Shown in pieces: positions 25,438 to 36,789 of a stretch of 64,000 nucleotides of DNA. Location of the stretch: positions 1,946-65,945 of the forward strand of contig JBKQUU010000042.1 of the NCBI GenBank assembly GCA_052325485.1. The letters run 5' to 3'. The translations under genes and the position numbers were made by a program. Origin of the DNA: Acidimicrobiales bacterium. Its GTDB lineage: Bacteria > Actinomycetota > Acidimicrobiia > Acidimicrobiales > Palsa-688. Under the pieces are notes generated by a model. It saw only the letters and a list, made by a program, of their open reading frames with translations. It was not told the origin of the DNA and searched no databases. Each line of letters opens with the position of its first letter. The stretch's first letter is position 1.

Positions 25438-25468
25438 TTGCTCGGCGTGCCCGCAACACGCCGAGCAA
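25438..25468 (+). terminator. candidate intrinsic terminator hairpin downstream of lon
   Basis: Perfect 12-bp stem ttgctcggcgtg / cacgccgagcaa with a 7-nt loop, starting 10 nt after the lon stop. Followed by gggctatttgtgg, which is only weakly T-rich. Confidence 0.5.
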
Positions 25469-25513
25469 GGGCTATTTGTGGTATATCGACGCGTCAATAA
25501 GGAGGGCCCTCCG

Positions 25514-26524
25514 ATGCCTGCTGTGACTGTCAGTGACCTGTCGGCCCTGCCGAAGGTACCCGTCCCTGACCCCTCCCCGGAAGGGGAAAGACCGGTGCGG
25601 TCGGTGACCACGGCTCCGAGCGACCTGGAGGGCGAGGGGTTCCCCGTCCGCCGGGCCTTCGCCGGGATGAACATGCGGGACCTCGACCCCTTCGTGCACA
25701 TGGACCAGATGGGTGAGGTCGAGTACGCGCCCGGTGAGCCGAAGGGCACTCCCTGGCACCCTCACCGCGGGTTCGAGACCGTTACCTACATGATCGACGG
25801 CACCTTTGCCCACCAGGACTCCAACGGGGGCGGTGGCCTCATCACCAATGGGGCCACGCAATGGATGACCGCCGGTGGCGGCATCCTGCACATCGAAACG
25901 CCGCCCGAAGAGCTGGTGATGTCGGGTGGGGTGTTCCACGGCATCCAACTGTGGGTGAACCTGCCGGCCAAGGACAAGATGATCTCCCCCGCCTACCAGC
26001 CCCTCGAGGCTGACGAGGTGGCGCTGTTGTCCTCGGCCGACGGCGGGGCCCTGGTGCGCATCATCGCCGGGAAGCTAGGCCCCCACCGCGGCCCGGGCTC
26101 GACGCATACCCCGATGGCGATGATGCACGCCACCTTGTCGCCCGGGGCCCGGCTCGAGCTCCCCTGGGACCGGGGGTTCAACGCTCTCGTCTACGTCCTG
26201 GGCGGCGCCGGCCGGGCCGGGCGCGAAGACCGGCCCGTGCATACTGGCCAGCTGGTGGCCTTCGGCCCCGGGGACTGGATGAGCGTTCGCGCCGACGACC
26301 GTAAGGGCTCCGGCACCGAGCAGCTCGACGTCCTGGTCCTGGGGGGCCAGCCCATAGGGGAGCCGGTCGTGCACTACGGGCCGTTCGTGATGAACACCCG
26401 GGACCAGATCGTGCAAGCGCTGGAGGACTTCGAGGCGGGCCGCCTCGGCCACATCCCGCCCAACGCGCTCATGCCTCATGTCCCCGACCCCGTCCCGGTG
26501 CGGGTGGAGCACACGGGGATCTGA
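25514..26524 (+). CDS. pirin family protein
   Basis: HPHRGFETVTYMIDG cupin metal motif and QWMTAGGGILHIE. ATG at 25514 is preceded by AAGGAGGG. Confidence 0.9.
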   Translation: MPAVTVSDLSALPKVPVPDPSPEGERPVRSVTTAPSDLEGEGFPVRRAFAGMNMRDLDPFVHMDQMGEVEYAPGEPKGTPWHPHRGFETVTYMIDGTFAHQDSNGGGGLITNGATQWMTAGGGILHIETPPEELVMSGGVFHGIQLWVNLPAKDKMISPAYQPLEADEVALLSSADGGALVRIIAGKLGPHRGPGSTHTPMAMMHATLSPGARLELPWDRGFNALVYVLGGAGRAGREDRPVHTGQLVAFGPGDWMSVRADDRKGSGTEQLDVLVLGGQPIGEPVVHYGPFVMNTRDQIVQALEDFEAGRLGHIPPNALMPHVPDPVPVRVEHTGI

Positions 26525-26549
26525 CGGTCGGGGGACGTCCGGCCGGCGC

Positions 26550-27530
26550 TCAGCCCTCGGGTGGGGCCGGCAGAGGGGGCGGATCTTCGAGGAAATCGGC
26601 CGTCGGTACGAAGAAAAGTGTCCCCGTGACGGCCCTCGAAAAGTCGAGGATCCGGTCGTAGTTGCCCGCAGGGTCGCCGAGGAACATGTTCTCCAGCATC
26701 TTCTCGGTGACGCTCGGGGTACGCGAATACCCGATGAAGTACGTACCGAACTCGCCGTTGCCCACCGCGCCGAAAGGCATGTTGTCACGTAGTATCTGGC
26801 GCTCGGTCCCATCGGGGCCGACAATGGTGTTGAGGGCGACGTGGGAACTGCTCGGCTTGACGTCGTCGGGCAACTCGACGTTGGACAACTTCGTACGGCC
26901 CACGACCCGCTCTTGCATTTCGACCGGGAGCGCGTTCCAAGCGGCCAGGTCGTGCAGGTACTTCTGCACGATGACGTAGCTCGCACCGGCGAAGTACGGG
27001 TCCTCCGCCCCGATCGTGACGGCCTGCGTGGCCGCTCGGCCAGTCGGGTTTTCCGTCCCATCGACGAAGCCGAGCAGGTCGCGCACCTCGAAGTACTTGA
27101 AGCCGTGCACCTCGTCGACGACGGTGACGGCGCCCCGGAGGCGGTCGATGACCTGGGACGCCAACTCGAAGCACAGGTCGAGGGCACCGGCCCGGATGTG
27201 GAACAAAAGGTCGCCAGGGGTGGCGATGGCCCGGTGCTTGGAGCCGTTCAGCTCGCGGAACGGGTGCAGTTCGAGCGGGCGGGGCGCACCGTAGAGGCGG
27301 TCCCAGGCCGACGACCCGACGCCGCCGACCACGGCCAGGCGCCCTTCGGGGGCCCGGGAGCCGACGGTCCGCTGTAACCCCGACAGATCGGCCAGCAGGT
27401 CGCGGACCGTGGGCTCCGCTCCCGGGGCCACCGTCATGACGAGGAAGATCGCCGTGGTCGTTAGGGGGGTCAGCACCGGCTGCGGCGTCGGTGGCGTAGG
27501 GGCCCCGACCCGTCCTTGAGGTACCGACAC
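26550..27530 (-). CDS. Dyp-type (dye-decolorizing) haem peroxidase
   Basis: LLGFVDGTENP signature (GxxDG), HVALN proximal-His region, FVP C-terminal motif. No obvious Tat or Sec signal. Confidence 0.85.
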   Translation of the reverse strand: MSVPQGRVGAPTPPTPQPVLTPLTTTAIFLVMTVAPGAEPTVRDLLADLSGLQRTVGSRAPEGRLAVVGGVGSSAWDRLYGAPRPLELHPFRELNGSKHRAIATPGDLLFHIRAGALDLCFELASQVIDRLRGAVTVVDEVHGFKYFEVRDLLGFVDGTENPTGRAATQAVTIGAEDPYFAGASYVIVQKYLHDLAAWNALPVEMQERVVGRTKLSNVELPDDVKPSSSHVALNTIVGPDGTERQILRDNMPFGAVGNGEFGTYFIGYSRTPSVTEKMLENMFLGDPAGNYDRILDFSRAVTGTLFFVPTADFLEDPPPLPAPPEG

Positions 27531-27723
27531 GGCCAGGAAGCCTAGCTCCGAGCGCCTCCGGCTATGGCACCGTCGACTTCATCATGGCTTTGGTGCCCCT
27601 TGACCGGGAGGCCGCAGATTAGCGCCCGCTTACTATCAGCCCGGCGAGCCTTCAGCCGATAAAGAGGTGACGCCACCGGGAAGGGCCCAGGCGTCACCCG
27701 GGTGGCATGGTTGGGAGGCACGG

Positions 27724-28929
27724 ATGAGCCAGTTCATGGTCGGGCGTCAGCCGATCTTCGACGCTAAATCACGGGTGCACGGCTATGAGCTGCTGTTCCG
27801 TGGTCCTGAGTCCCGCAGGCCGGACGGCGATGCCATGACCGCCGATGTGCTGGTGCACTCCATCCTCGACGTCGGCCTCGATGCCCTGGTGGGCGACAAG
27901 CTGGCCTTCGTCAACGCCACCAGGGCGTTCCTGGTCGGGGAGCAGGAACTGGTCCTGCCTCCCGCCCAGACCGTGGTCGAGATCCTCGCCGACGCTCCCC
28001 GCGACCCCGAAACGCTGGCCGGTTGCCAACGCCTGGCCCAGGAGGGCTATACCCTCGCCCTTGACAACTACCGCCCGAGGGAGGACCACGACCCCTTCCT
28101 CGAGTTGGCCTCGATCGTCAAGCTCGATGTCCTTGCCGTCCCGCCCACCCAACTGAGCGAGGCGTTCCGGCACTGCTCGTCGTTCGGCGTGCAACTGATC
28201 GCCGAGAAGGTCGAGACCCGACAGCAGCTCGAGGCGTGCCAGCACCTCGGCTTTGACCTCTACCAGGGCTACCTGCTCAGCCGGCCCGAAGTCGTCGAAG
28301 GCCACGAGCTCAGCTCCAGCCGGCTCACGTGCCTACGCATCATCGACAAGCTCTGCGACCCCCGCACCTCCGCGGCCGAAGTCGAAAGCATCGTCCGGAC
28401 CGATGCCGTCCTCAGCTACCAGTTCCTGCGGGCGGCGGGCGCCGGCGCCGCCTGGGGGTTCTTCCGGCGGCTGAGCTCGGTGCGCGAGGCCGTGGTGCTG
28501 CTCGGTGAGCGCCGTATACGCGCCCTGGTCATGCTCATCCTCCTCAACGGCGCCCACGATGGCTCCGACGAGCAGCTCAACATCGCCATGACCAGGGCCC
28601 GGATGGCCGAACTGCTGGCCATGGAGACCGAGCCCCGCCTGGCCGGCGCGGCGTTCACCGTCGGGCTGGTGTCGGCCCTCGACCTGTTGCTGCGGGCATC
28701 TCTGCCGACGATCGTCGAGAGCATGTCGCTCGGTACAGACCTCGAAGAAGCCCTGCTCTGGCACACGGGCAAGCTCGGGGACTTCCTGTCCGACGTGTTG
28801 GCCTGGGAGCTCGGCGCCGCCGGTTTCGATCTCCGTTCGGGCGCCCATCCCAGCGAGGTCGAACAGTGCTATCTCCAGGCCCTGGCCTGGGCCAGCAAGG
28901 TCTGTGGGGCGCTCGAGCCGGCCGCTTGA
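27724..28929 (+). CDS. EAL domain plus HDOD domain signalling protein (YuxH-like)
   Basis: MVGRQPIFDAKSRVHGYELLFR, FVNAT, VVEIL, LALDNY, VKLD, IAEKVET and YQGYLLSRP (EAL-type order). HDOD-like C-terminal half (VLLGERRIRALVMLILL). ATG at 27724 follows GGGAGG. Confidence 0.8.
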   Translation: MSQFMVGRQPIFDAKSRVHGYELLFRGPESRRPDGDAMTADVLVHSILDVGLDALVGDKLAFVNATRAFLVGEQELVLPPAQTVVEILADAPRDPETLAGCQRLAQEGYTLALDNYRPREDHDPFLELASIVKLDVLAVPPTQLSEAFRHCSSFGVQLIAEKVETRQQLEACQHLGFDLYQGYLLSRPEVVEGHELSSSRLTCLRIIDKLCDPRTSAAEVESIVRTDAVLSYQFLRAAGAGAAWGFFRRLSSVREAVVLLGERRIRALVMLILLNGAHDGSDEQLNIAMTRARMAELLAMETEPRLAGAAFTVGLVSALDLLLRASLPTIVESMSLGTDLEEALLWHTGKLGDFLSDVLAWELGAAGFDLRSGAHPSEVEQCYLQALAWASKVCGALEPAA

Positions 28930-28959
28930 GGCCACGGGGCCGAGGTGCCTGGCCCCCCG

Positions 28960-30144
28960 CTAGGGTCGTCCCCGGGCCACCAGCCGCCCGGCGCGCCAGA
29001 CCCCGACCACCATCGGCGTGCCCGGCCGGTAGGCCAGGTGCACGTGCGAAGGGGCGTCGAGCAGGACGAGATCGGCCCGCGCCCCGGGAGCAAGCCGGCC
29101 GACGTCGTCACGGCGCAGGGCCATGGCCCCGCCTCGGGTCGCCGACCAGACGGCCTCGTCCGGCGTCATCCGCATCTCTCGGACCGCCAGGGCAATGCAG
29201 AACGGGATATTGGTGGTGAAGCTCGATCCCGGGTTGCAGTCACTGGCCAGGGCCACGGTGGCGCCGGCGTCCAGCAGGCGCCGGGCGTCCGGGTACGGCG
29301 AACGGGTGGAGAACTCGGCCGCCGGCAGCAAGGTGGCCACCGTGGCACTGGCGGCGAGCAGCTCGACGTCCGCATCGGTGAGGTGCGTGCAGTGGTCAGC
29401 GGAGGCGGCACCGGCGGCCACCGCCACCTCGGCCCCGGGCCCGGGGCCGAGCTGGTTGGCGTGGACCCGGGCCTGGAGCCCCTGAGCGGCGCCGGCCCGC
29501 AGCACGGCCGCGGCCTGGTCGCCGTCGAAGGCTCCCTGGTCGCAGAACACGTCCACCCACTTGGCCAGGGGGGCACACCGCTCGAGCATCTCCGAACAGA
29601 CGAGCTGGACGTAGTCGTCGGGCCGGCCTGAGTACTCGGGAGGCACCACGTGGGCGCCCAGGTACGTCACCTCCGGGGTCCCCCGCCGGGCGACCAGCAA
29701 GCTCCTGGCCTCGTCCTCGATGGTCAAGCCGTACCCGGACTTGCACTCGATGGTCGTCGTGCCCGACTCGAGAGCCTCCCCCACCAGCCTGTCGAGGTTC
29801 GCCTCCAAGACGTCGGCACCGGCTTTTCGCGTGGCGGCCACGGTGGAGAAAATGCCTCCGGCGCGGTAGCGCTCACCCTTCATGCGGGCCACGAACTCGT
29901 CGGCGCGGTCGCCGGCAAAGACCAGGTGGGCATGGCTGTCGACAAAGCCCGGTACCACGGCGCGGCCCTGGGCGCCGACATGCTCGTCGGTCCCGCTCGG
30001 GGACCTGGAGGTCGGGCCCGTCCAGACCACAGTCCCGGCGTCGACGACCAGCGCCGCGTTGCGTATGACCCCGGTGGGGCCATTGCCGACGGCCTCGTCG
30101 TTGGTCACCAGCGTCCCGATGTTGTCGACCAACAGAGAGCTCAT
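28960..30144 (-). CDS. hutI: imidazolonepropionase
   Basis: [30 protein letters not shown], ...HANQL..., ASADHCTHL and [10 protein letters not shown] motifs, in a hut gene context. Confidence 0.9.
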   Translation of the reverse strand: MSSLLVDNIGTLVTNDEAVGNGPTGVIRNAALVVDAGTVVWTGPTSRSPSGTDEHVGAQGRAVVPGFVDSHAHLVFAGDRADEFVARMKGERYRAGGIFSTVAATRKAGADVLEANLDRLVGEALESGTTTIECKSGYGLTIEDEARSLLVARRGTPEVTYLGAHVVPPEYSGRPDDYVQLVCSEMLERCAPLAKWVDVFCDQGAFDGDQAAAVLRAGAAQGLQARVHANQLGPGPGAEVAVAAGAASADHCTHLTDADVELLAASATVATLLPAAEFSTRSPYPDARRLLDAGATVALASDCNPGSSFTTNIPFCIALAVREMRMTPDEAVWSATRGGAMALRRDDVGRLAPGARADLVLLDAPSHVHLAYRPGTPMVVGVWRAGRLVARGRP

Positions 30145-30157
30145 GGCCGCAGGGCGC

Positions 30158-31570
30158 TCACGGCGCCACGACGGCGGTAATGGACGAGCGCAGTTCGGTC
30201 GCCACGTCTTCCACTAAGGCGTGGCGGCCCTCGGCCACGACGACTTTCCCCGAGCTCACCACGTGCGTCACATCGGCGGCGCAGGCGGAGAAGGTAGCCA
30301 GCTCGAGCAGGTGGTCGTCGGCCGCCCCGGCCAGGCGAGGCGACCCCAGGTTTATGGTGACCAGGTCGGCCAGTGCGCCCACGGATATGCGCCCCGCCTC
30401 CGGCCACCCGATGGCCAGGTGGCCCGAGGCGGTGGCGGCGGCCAAAAGTTCGTGGGCGGCCCAGTGGCCGCGGGCACCGGTGGCCAAGCGTTCGTCGTAC
30501 TCGAGGCTGCGCATTTCCAGGAACGGGTCGATCACGGCGTGGCTGTCAGAGCCCAGGCAGACCGGCACGCCTGCCTCGGCCAGCCGGCGCGCCGGCCCGA
30601 TGCCGTCGCCCAGATCCTGTTCGGTGGTCGGGCACATACAGGTACCGGTCCCCGAACCCGCCAGCAGGACCTCGTCGTGGGCGGACAGATGGGTGGCGTG
30701 GACGGCGGTCGAAGCCGGCGTCAGGGCCCCCGCGGTCCCGAGCAGCTCGGTGGGAGAAAGACCGTAGGCGTGCTGGGCGGCCTCGTTCTCCTCCACTTGT
30801 TCCGACAGGTGAAAGTGCAGCGGCCACCCGTGGGCCCTCGAGAACTGAGCTACAAGCTCCGCGCCCCGAGGCGGCACGGCCCGCAGGGAATGGACCGCCG
30901 CGCCCAGGCGGGCACCGGCGCCGGCCTCAAGACCGGCTAGTTGCTCCACCCGCTCGGCCCAGCTTTGCGCGCTGGCGTCGGCGAAGCGCACCTGCGCCCC
31001 GACGGGGGGACGTCCCGGGGCGCTTTCGAGATAGCAGGCGTCGAGGAGCGTGATCCGTAGGCCGGCGTCACGGGCGGCCGCCAGCAGGGCCCTGCCCATG
31101 GCGTTGGCGTCGGCGTAGGGAGCGCCTCCGGCGTCGTGGTGGACGTAATGGAACTCGCCGACGGCGGTGACCCCGGCCAGCGCCATCTCGGCGTAAGTAG
31201 CCCGGGCCAACCGGTAATAACTCTCCGGCGTGAGCGCCTGCGCCGTCCGGTACATCTCCTCCCGCCAGGTCCAGAACGTCCCCCGACCGGCCTGGGTACG
31301 ACCCCGCAGCGCCCGATGGAAAGCGTGCGAGTGGGCGTTGGCAAAGCCGGGGACGGTCAGCCCCCGCAGGTGCACCGCATCGGCCGGCCGGTCAGCGCCG
31401 GTGTCCACGGCGGCCACCCGTTCGCCCGCCGTCGAGACGAGCACGTTCGCGGCGGCGACGACGCCGCCCAGCCAGGCGTGGTCACAAAAGTACCGCTGCG
31501 GGCGGCGGGCGGGGGCGGCGGCGCTCACAAGCCGGCCTGAGCTGCTCACGAGCGGGCCTGAGCTGCTCAC
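30158..31570 (-). CDS. hutF: formimidoylglutamate deiminase
   Basis: [10 protein letters not shown]...[22 protein letters not shown]...FWTWREEMY amidohydrolase pattern typical of HutF. GTG at 31570 overlaps the upstream stop (GTGA). ORF 30158..32365 upstream of this is an out-of-frame extension. Confidence 0.8.
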   Translation of the reverse strand: MSSSGPLVSSSGRLVSAAAPARRPQRYFCDHAWLGGVVAAANVLVSTAGERVAAVDTGADRPADAVHLRGLTVPGFANAHSHAFHRALRGRTQAGRGTFWTWREEMYRTAQALTPESYYRLARATYAEMALAGVTAVGEFHYVHHDAGGAPYADANAMGRALLAAARDAGLRITLLDACYLESAPGRPPVGAQVRFADASAQSWAERVEQLAGLEAGAGARLGAAVHSLRAVPPRGAELVAQFSRAHGWPLHFHLSEQVEENEAAQHAYGLSPTELLGTAGALTPASTAVHATHLSAHDEVLLAGSGTGTCMCPTTEQDLGDGIGPARRLAEAGVPVCLGSDSHAVIDPFLEMRSLEYDERLATGARGHWAAHELLAAATASGHLAIGWPEAGRISVGALADLVTINLGSPRLAGAADDHLLELATFSACAADVTHVVSSGKVVVAEGRHALVEDVATELRSSITAVVAP

Positions 31571-32826
31571 GAGCCGACCAGCGCCCCGATCACCCGGGCC
31601 AGGGCGCTCACCCCGGCCAGGCAGTCGTCGACCGTGGCCGACTCCGCCGGGCTGTGGCTCACACCGGTGGCGTTGCGGACGAAGAGCATGGCCGTAGGCA
31701 CGTGGGCCGACAAGATGCCGGAGTCGTGGCCGGCGGCCGTGGGTACCTCGGGAGGCCGGCCCAGCACTTCGGCGATGACAGCCCGAAGAGCGCCGTCGAA
31801 CTCCACCGAGCTGGTAAAGGACTCCTGGGTGAGCTGGAAACCCACACCGTGGGCGGTGGCCGCCCGGCGGGCGGCCTGGTCCACCGCCGCCACCACTCGC
31901 CGCAGGACCTCTTCGTCCGGGGCTCGGGCGTCCAGCCAGCCGTCGGCGCGGGCGGCCACGGCGTTGGTGGCGTTGGGCTGGACGACCACCTTGGCCACGG
32001 TGGCCCGGGCCCCATGCTGCTCGGCCGCCCTCCGGGCCTCGATCACGGCCGTGGCCAAGGGGAGCATGGGGTCCCGGCGGTCCGACATCAAAGTTGTGCC
32101 GGCGTGGTCCGCCTCGCCCTGGAAGCGGCAGCGCCACCGGCCGTGAGGCCAGATGCGGGTGGCCAAGCCGACCGGCGCGCCCACATCGGCCAGCGCCCGC
32201 CCCTGCTCGATGTGCACCTCGACGAAGGCGCTCAGCATAGCCAGGCGCTCGGGGGCGGGCCCAAGCCGCCCCGGGTCGGCACCGGCTCGCTCCATGGCTT
32301 GCGCCAGCGTGGTGCCGTCGGCGTCGGCCAGCGCCCGGGCCGCGTCCGGCCGGAGGGCGCCGCAAGTAAGCCGGCTGCCGACGCAGGCCACGCCGAAACG
32401 GGCGCCCTCTTCGTCAGAAAAGAAGGCGACGGCCACCGGGCGCCGCGGGGAGCGGGAGCGTGCCCGCAGCTCGTCGACAGCCAGGAAACCTGAGACCACC
32501 CCTAAGGGACCGTCGAACGCCCCACCGTTGGGGACGCTGTCCAGGTGGCTGCCGGTGGCGACCGCGCCCGGGCCGGGACCGCCCCACCAGGCCCACATGT
32601 TGCCATTGCCGTCCTGTTCGACGACCATGCGGCGCGCCGCCGCCTCCCCCCGGAACCACTGGCGCAGCTGCGCGTCGGCGCCGCTCCAGGCCAACCGGGT
32701 AAACCCACCGTCGGGGTCCCGGCCGATCCCGTCGAGCGCGGCCCACATCGCCTCCCATCGGGCCCGCAACGCGGCGTCGCCGGCGCCGGTGACCTCCCCG
32801 GCCCGAAGACCGGGTGCGCCCGTCAT
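31567..32826 (-). CDS. M20-family amidohydrolase (allantoate amidohydrolase / N-carbamoyl-amino-acid hydrolase family; probable N-formylglutamate-type step of the hut pathway)
   Basis: GGFTRLAWSGADAQLRQWF, GSHLDSVPNGGAFDGPLGVV, FFSDEEGARFG and GHDSG motifs. ATG at 32826 overlaps the hutH stop (ATGA). Confidence 0.75.
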   Translation of the reverse strand: MTGAPGLRAGEVTGAGDAALRARWEAMWAALDGIGRDPDGGFTRLAWSGADAQLRQWFRGEAAARRMVVEQDGNGNMWAWWGGPGPGAVATGSHLDSVPNGGAFDGPLGVVSGFLAVDELRARSRSPRRPVAVAFFSDEEGARFGVACVGSRLTCGALRPDAARALADADGTTLAQAMERAGADPGRLGPAPERLAMLSAFVEVHIEQGRALADVGAPVGLATRIWPHGRWRCRFQGEADHAGTTLMSDRRDPMLPLATAVIEARRAAEQHGARATVAKVVVQPNATNAVAARADGWLDARAPDEEVLRRVVAAVDQAARRAATAHGVGFQLTQESFTSSVEFDGALRAVIAEVLGRPPEVPTAAGHDSGILSAHVPTAMLFVRNATGVSHSPAESATVDDCLAGVSALARVIGALVGS

Positions 32827-34367
32827 TGCAGGGCCACCACCCGGTTGGCGGCGGCGAGCACGCCCCCCGAAGCGATGAGCCGGTCCGCCGCCTCGAGCTC
32901 GGGTGCGAGCCAGCGGTCGGGGCCGGCGCCGGGCACGCTCCGCCGGAGCTCGGCGACGACCGCCCCCGTAGCGGGCGCCGGGCGCAGGGGGGCGCGAAGC
33001 TCGATGGCGCGAGCCGCCGCCACCAGCTCGACGGCCAGGATCCGACGGAGGTTGGCAATGGCGGAACGCAACTTCAGGCCCGCGCTCCAGCCCATGGACA
33101 CGTGGTCCTCCTGCATGGCCGAGCTGGGAATGGAGTCGACGCTGGCCGGGCTGGCCAGTCGCTTGTTTTCCGAGACCATCGCCGCTTGGGCGTACTGGGC
33201 GATCATCAGGCCCGAGTCCACGCCCGGGTCGGCGGCGAGGAACGGGGGCAGGCCGTGCGAACGCGCCGGGTCCAGCAGGCGGTCCGTCCGCCGCTCGGCG
33301 ATAGAGCCCAGGTCGGCGACGCAAATGGCCAGGAAGTCGAGGACGTACGCCAGAGGGGCGCCGTGGAAGTTGCCGTTGGACGCTATCGTCCCGTCGGCCA
33401 GCACGACCGGGTTGTCGATGGCCGAGCGGAGCTCACGCTCTGCCACTGTGCGGGCATGGGCCAGGGTGTCCCGGACGGCGCCCGCCACCTGGGGGGCGCA
33501 CCGTAGTGAGTAGGCGTCCTGCACCCGGGGGTCGTCGGTACGGTGGGAGGCGACTATCGCCGAGCCTTTCAGCAGCGCCACGAGGTTGGCCGCGCTGGCC
33601 GCCTGGCCGGGATGAGGCCGCAGGTCGTGCTGCAAGCCCGGGAGGAAGGCCTGGTCCGTGCCCAGCAGGGCCTCGACGCTCAGGGCGGCGGTGACGTCGG
33701 CCACCTGGCACAAGCGGTCCAGGTCCTCGCACGCCATCACGAGCATGGCCAGCATGCCGTCGGTCCCGTTGATGAGGGCCAGGCCTTCCTTGGCCTCGAG
33801 GTTGATGGGCGCGATGCCGGCGGCGGCGAGGACCGGGCCCGTGGCCGTCGGCTCCCCCCCGGCGCCCAGTACCTCGCCCTCACCGATCAGGGCCAGGGCG
33901 CAGTGGGCCAGGGGCGCCAAATCGCCGCTGCAGCCGAGGGAGCCGTGCTGGCGGACGACCGGGGTGATGCCCGCGTTCAGCAGCGCGGCCAGGGCCACGG
34001 CCACCACGGGGCGGGCGCCGGTGCGCCCCGTGGCCAAGGTCCTCAGCCGGAGGAACATGAGGCCGCGGGTGACCTCCGTGTCGACCATGTCCCCCATGCC
34101 CGCCGCGTGCGAGCGCAGCAGGCTCTGTTGGAGCCGGGCCCTGGAGCCCGGGTCGATGTGCCGGGTGGCCAGCGCCCCGAAACCCGTCGACACGCCGTAC
34201 ACGGGCACCGGGCCGGCGGCCATGGCCTCGACAATGCGACGTGACTCGTTCATGGCCGCTATGGCGGACCGGCCCAACCGCACCGGCGCCCGCCGGCGGG
34301 CCACGGCGATCACGTCCGCCGCCGTGGCACCGCCGGTGCCCAGTTCGACCGTGCCCCGCCCGCTCAC
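32823..34367 (-). CDS. hutH: histidine ammonia-lyase
   Basis: [26 protein letters not shown] (MIO-forming triad region, Cys-Ser-Gly here), [17 protein letters not shown] at 34367 overlaps the hutU stop (GTGA). Confidence 0.9.
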   Translation of the reverse strand: MSGRGTVELGTGGATAADVIAVARRRAPVRLGRSAIAAMNESRRIVEAMAAGPVPVYGVSTGFGALATRHIDPGSRARLQQSLLRSHAAGMGDMVDTEVTRGLMFLRLRTLATGRTGARPVVAVALAALLNAGITPVVRQHGSLGCSGDLAPLAHCALALIGEGEVLGAGGEPTATGPVLAAAGIAPINLEAKEGLALINGTDGMLAMLVMACEDLDRLCQVADVTAALSVEALLGTDQAFLPGLQHDLRPHPGQAASAANLVALLKGSAIVASHRTDDPRVQDAYSLRCAPQVAGAVRDTLAHARTVAERELRSAIDNPVVLADGTIASNGNFHGAPLAYVLDFLAICVADLGSIAERRTDRLLDPARSHGLPPFLAADPGVDSGLMIAQYAQAAMVSENKRLASPASVDSIPSSAMQEDHVSMGWSAGLKLRSAIANLRRILAVELVAAARAIELRAPLRPAPATGAVVAELRRSVPGAGPDRWLAPELEAADRLIASGGVLAAANRVVALQ

Positions 34368-36019
34368 GCTTGGCCGTCCATGGGTATGCGCACGGCGCGC
34401 TCGGTGGCGATCTCCCGGGCTTTTTCGTAACCGGCGTCTACGTGGCGCAGGATGCCCATGGCCGGGTCGTTGGCCAGCACCCGCTGGATCTTTTGACCGG
34501 CCAGGGCGGTGCCGTCGGCCACGGTGACCTGGCCGGCATGGATGGAGCGGCCGATGCCCACGCCGCCGCCGTGGTGCACGGAAACCCACGAAGCGCCGCT
34601 GGCCGTGTTGACCAGGGCGTTGAGCAAAGGCCAGTCGGCGATGGCGTCAGAGCCGTCGAGCATGGCCTCGGTCTCCCGGTAAGGGGAGGCGACCGAACCG
34701 CAGTCCAGGTGGTCACGACCGATGACGATGGGCGCCTCCAGAGCGCCGGAGGCGACCATGTCGTTGAACCGTTGGCCAGCCCGCTCCCTTTCCCCGTAGC
34801 CGAGCCAGCAGATCCGGGCCGGCAAGCCCTGGGACCGGACACGGTCGCGGGCCATGGTCACCCAGCGGACCAGGCGGGCATCGTCGCTGAACATGTCCAA
34901 GACGGCATCGTCGGTGGCGGCGATGTCGGCCGGGTTGCCGGACAGCGCCGCCCAACGGAACGGGCCCTTCCCCTCGCAGAACAGAGGACGGATGTAGGCA
35001 GGGATGAACCCGGGGTAGTCAAAGGCTCGCTCGAACCCGCCCAGGGCCGCTTCGGCCCGCAGGCTGTTGCCGTAGTCGAAGACTTCGGCGCCTCTGTCCA
35101 TGAGCTCTACCATGGCTGCGCAGTGGGCCGCCATCGAGGCTCGCGAACGGGCAATGTAGCCGACCGGGTCCCGTTGGCGCAGCTCGGACGCCTCGCTCAG
35201 GGACATCCCCGCCGGCACGTAGCTGAGGGGGTCGTGCGCCGAGGTCTGGTCGGTCACGATGTCCACTCGTACATTGCGCCGCACGATCTCGGGGAGCAGC
35301 TCGGCCCCGTTGCCGATCAGCCCTACCGACAGGGGCCGGCCCTCGTAGCGCGCCGCTTCGGCCAGAGCCAGCGCTTCGTCCAGGTTGTGGGCCAAGGTGT
35401 CCAGGTAATTGCCCTGCAGCCGCCGCTCGACCCGGCTCGGGTCGACGTCGGCGCAGATCATCGCGCCCCCGTTCATGGTCACCGCCAGGGGCTGGGCCCC
35501 TCCCATCCCCCCAGCGCCGCAGGTGATGGTCAGCGTCCCGGCCAGTGAACCCCCGAACCGCTTGTCGGCCACGGCGGCGAAGGTCTCGTACGTGCCCTGC
35601 AGGATCCCCTGGGTCCCTATGTAGATCCACGACCCGGCCGTCATCTGGCCGTACATGGTGAGACCGAGCTGCTCCAGACGGTGGAACTCGTCCCAGTTGG
35701 CCCACTCCGGGACCAGGTGGGAATTCGCGATCAGCACCCGGGGCGCCCACTCGTGCGTGCGCAGGATGCCGACGGGGCGGCCTGATTGCACCAGGAGCGT
35801 CTCGTCGCCTTCGAGGTCCCGCAACGATTGCTCGATGGCATGGAAGGACGGCCAGTCGCGGGCCGCCTTCCCCGTCCCGCCGTAGACGACCAGGTCCTCT
35901 GGGTGCTCGGCCACGTCGGGGTCGAGGTTGTTATGCAGCATGCGCAAGGCCGCTTCCTGCGGCCAGCCTTTGCAGGACAAACGGGTCCCGTGCTCGGCCC
36001 GGACCGGGTGGTAGCTCAA
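34364..36019 (-). CDS. hutU: urocanate hydratase
   Basis: [77 protein letters not shown]. Full length, 551 aa. Confidence 0.95.
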   Translation of the reverse strand: MSYHPVRAEHGTRLSCKGWPQEAALRMLHNNLDPDVAEHPEDLVVYGGTGKAARDWPSFHAIEQSLRDLEGDETLLVQSGRPVGILRTHEWAPRVLIANSHLVPEWANWDEFHRLEQLGLTMYGQMTAGSWIYIGTQGILQGTYETFAAVADKRFGGSLAGTLTITCGAGGMGGAQPLAVTMNGGAMICADVDPSRVERRLQGNYLDTLAHNLDEALALAEAARYEGRPLSVGLIGNGAELLPEIVRRNVRVDIVTDQTSAHDPLSYVPAGMSLSEASELRQRDPVGYIARSRASMAAHCAAMVELMDRGAEVFDYGNSLRAEAALGGFERAFDYPGFIPAYIRPLFCEGKGPFRWAALSGNPADIAATDDAVLDMFSDDARLVRWVTMARDRVRSQGLPARICWLGYGERERAGQRFNDMVASGALEAPIVIGRDHLDCGSVASPYRETEAMLDGSDAIADWPLLNALVNTASGASWVSVHHGGGVGIGRSIHAGQVTVADGTALAGQKIQRVLANDPAMGILRHVDAGYEKAREIATERAVRIPMDGQA

Positions 36020-36789
36020 ATGCTCGACCCCCCGTCAATGCTGACGATGCTGCCGGTCATGAAGGCGGCCTCCGGGCTGAGAAGGAAGTCCACCAGGGTG
36101 GCGACCTCGGCCAGGGCGCCGAAGCGGGCGGCAGGTATGCGGCTCAGGAGCTGGTCCCTGGTGCCCGGGTCCTCCAGGTACGGGGCGGTCATGGGCGTGG
36201 GGAAGTACCCCGGGCACAGGGCGGTCACTGAAGTCCCCGAGGCGCTCGTTTCCAGTGCCAGTGACTTGGCCATGCTCACCACCGCCGCCTTGCTGGCGTT
36301 GTAGTCGAGGAAGTTGAGCTCCGGTCTCAGGGCATTGACAGAGGCATTGAAGACGATGGCCCAGGGCCGGGGGGACCCTCGCAATGCCGCTCGAGCCACG
36401 AGGAACGCCCCGATGACGTTCACGTCGAGTACGCGGCGGAAGTGCCCCACGTCGAGGTCGGTGGCCGGCAACCCCTCTCCGTCGGTGCCGGCGTTCACGA
36501 AAACCCCGTCGAGGCCGCCCATGGCGGCGCGAGCTTCGGCCACCGCCGCCTCCACCTCGCTTTCCACTGACACGTCGCACACCGATGCGCCGGCCAGAGC
36601 GGTGCGGGCCCGGGCGGAGGCCACGCCGTCCGCCCGCGACCCCAGCACCCAGACCTGGTCGCCTTGGCCCACCAGGTGTTCGGCGCAGGCGTACCCGATC
36701 CCGCTGGTGCCCCCGGATATGAGGGCCCGACGGGGGGAACGCCCGGCCTGAGGGCGGGCAGGAGGCTTCGGGCGGGGCTCCGTCGTCAT
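36016..36789 (-). CDS. SDR-family oxidoreductase
   Basis: [10 protein letters not shown] cofactor motif, [11 protein letters not shown] catalytic motif. ATG at 36789 overlaps the upstream stop and the gene's own stop overlaps the hutU start. Confidence 0.85.
   Translation of the reverse strand: MTTEPRPKPPARPQAGRSPRRALISGGTSGIGYACAEHLVGQGDQVWVLGSRADGVASARARTALAGASVCDVSVESEVEAAVAEARAAMGGLDGVFVNAGTDGEGLPATDLDVGHFRRVLDVNVIGAFLVARAALRGSPRPWAIVFNASVNALRPELNFLDYNASKAAVVSMAKSLALETSASGTSVTALCPGYFPTPMTAPYLEDPGTRDQLLSRIPAARFGALAEVATLVDFLLSPEAAFMTGSIVSIDGGSSI

Noticed and set aside
27666-27698. Inverted repeat ggtgacgcc...ggcgtcacc just upstream of the EAL-HDOD gene start, as a possible riboswitch or operator.
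   Set aside because: It is a single 9-bp stem with a 15-nt loop and resembles no riboswitch class I know. It could equally be chance in GC-rich DNA. Not reported as a feature.
27724-28500. Possible catalytically degenerate EAL domain (DDFGTG replaced by DNYRPRED, EGVE by EKVE).
   Set aside because: Most catalytic positions I could place by eye (E of ELL, N, E, first D, K, E, Q) are present, and this pattern is characteristic of the YuxH-like EAL-HDOD family. I cannot judge activity without a formal alignment.
30158-32365. Apparent very long proteins in the ORF track (735-aa 30158..32365, 585-aa 31567..33324, 588-aa 32823..34589, 529-aa 11733..13322, 1416-aa 5822..10072, 446-aa 307..1647).
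   Set aside because: Their N-terminal parts are Arg/Pro-rich read-through over the upstream gene in another frame. Internal ATG/GTG/TTG starts that overlap the upstream stop by 4 nt give proteins of canonical length, so I trimmed them rather than calling fusions.
33924-33932. Histidine ammonia-lyase has Cys-Ser-Gly instead of the textbook Ala-Ser-Gly MIO-forming triad ([12 protein letters not shown]).
   Set aside because: The Ser-Gly core needed for MIO formation is intact, and I believe (from memory, unverified) that Cys at the first position is a common actinobacterial HutH variant. It is probably lineage-typical rather than novel. An alignment of actinobacterial HutH sequences would settle it.
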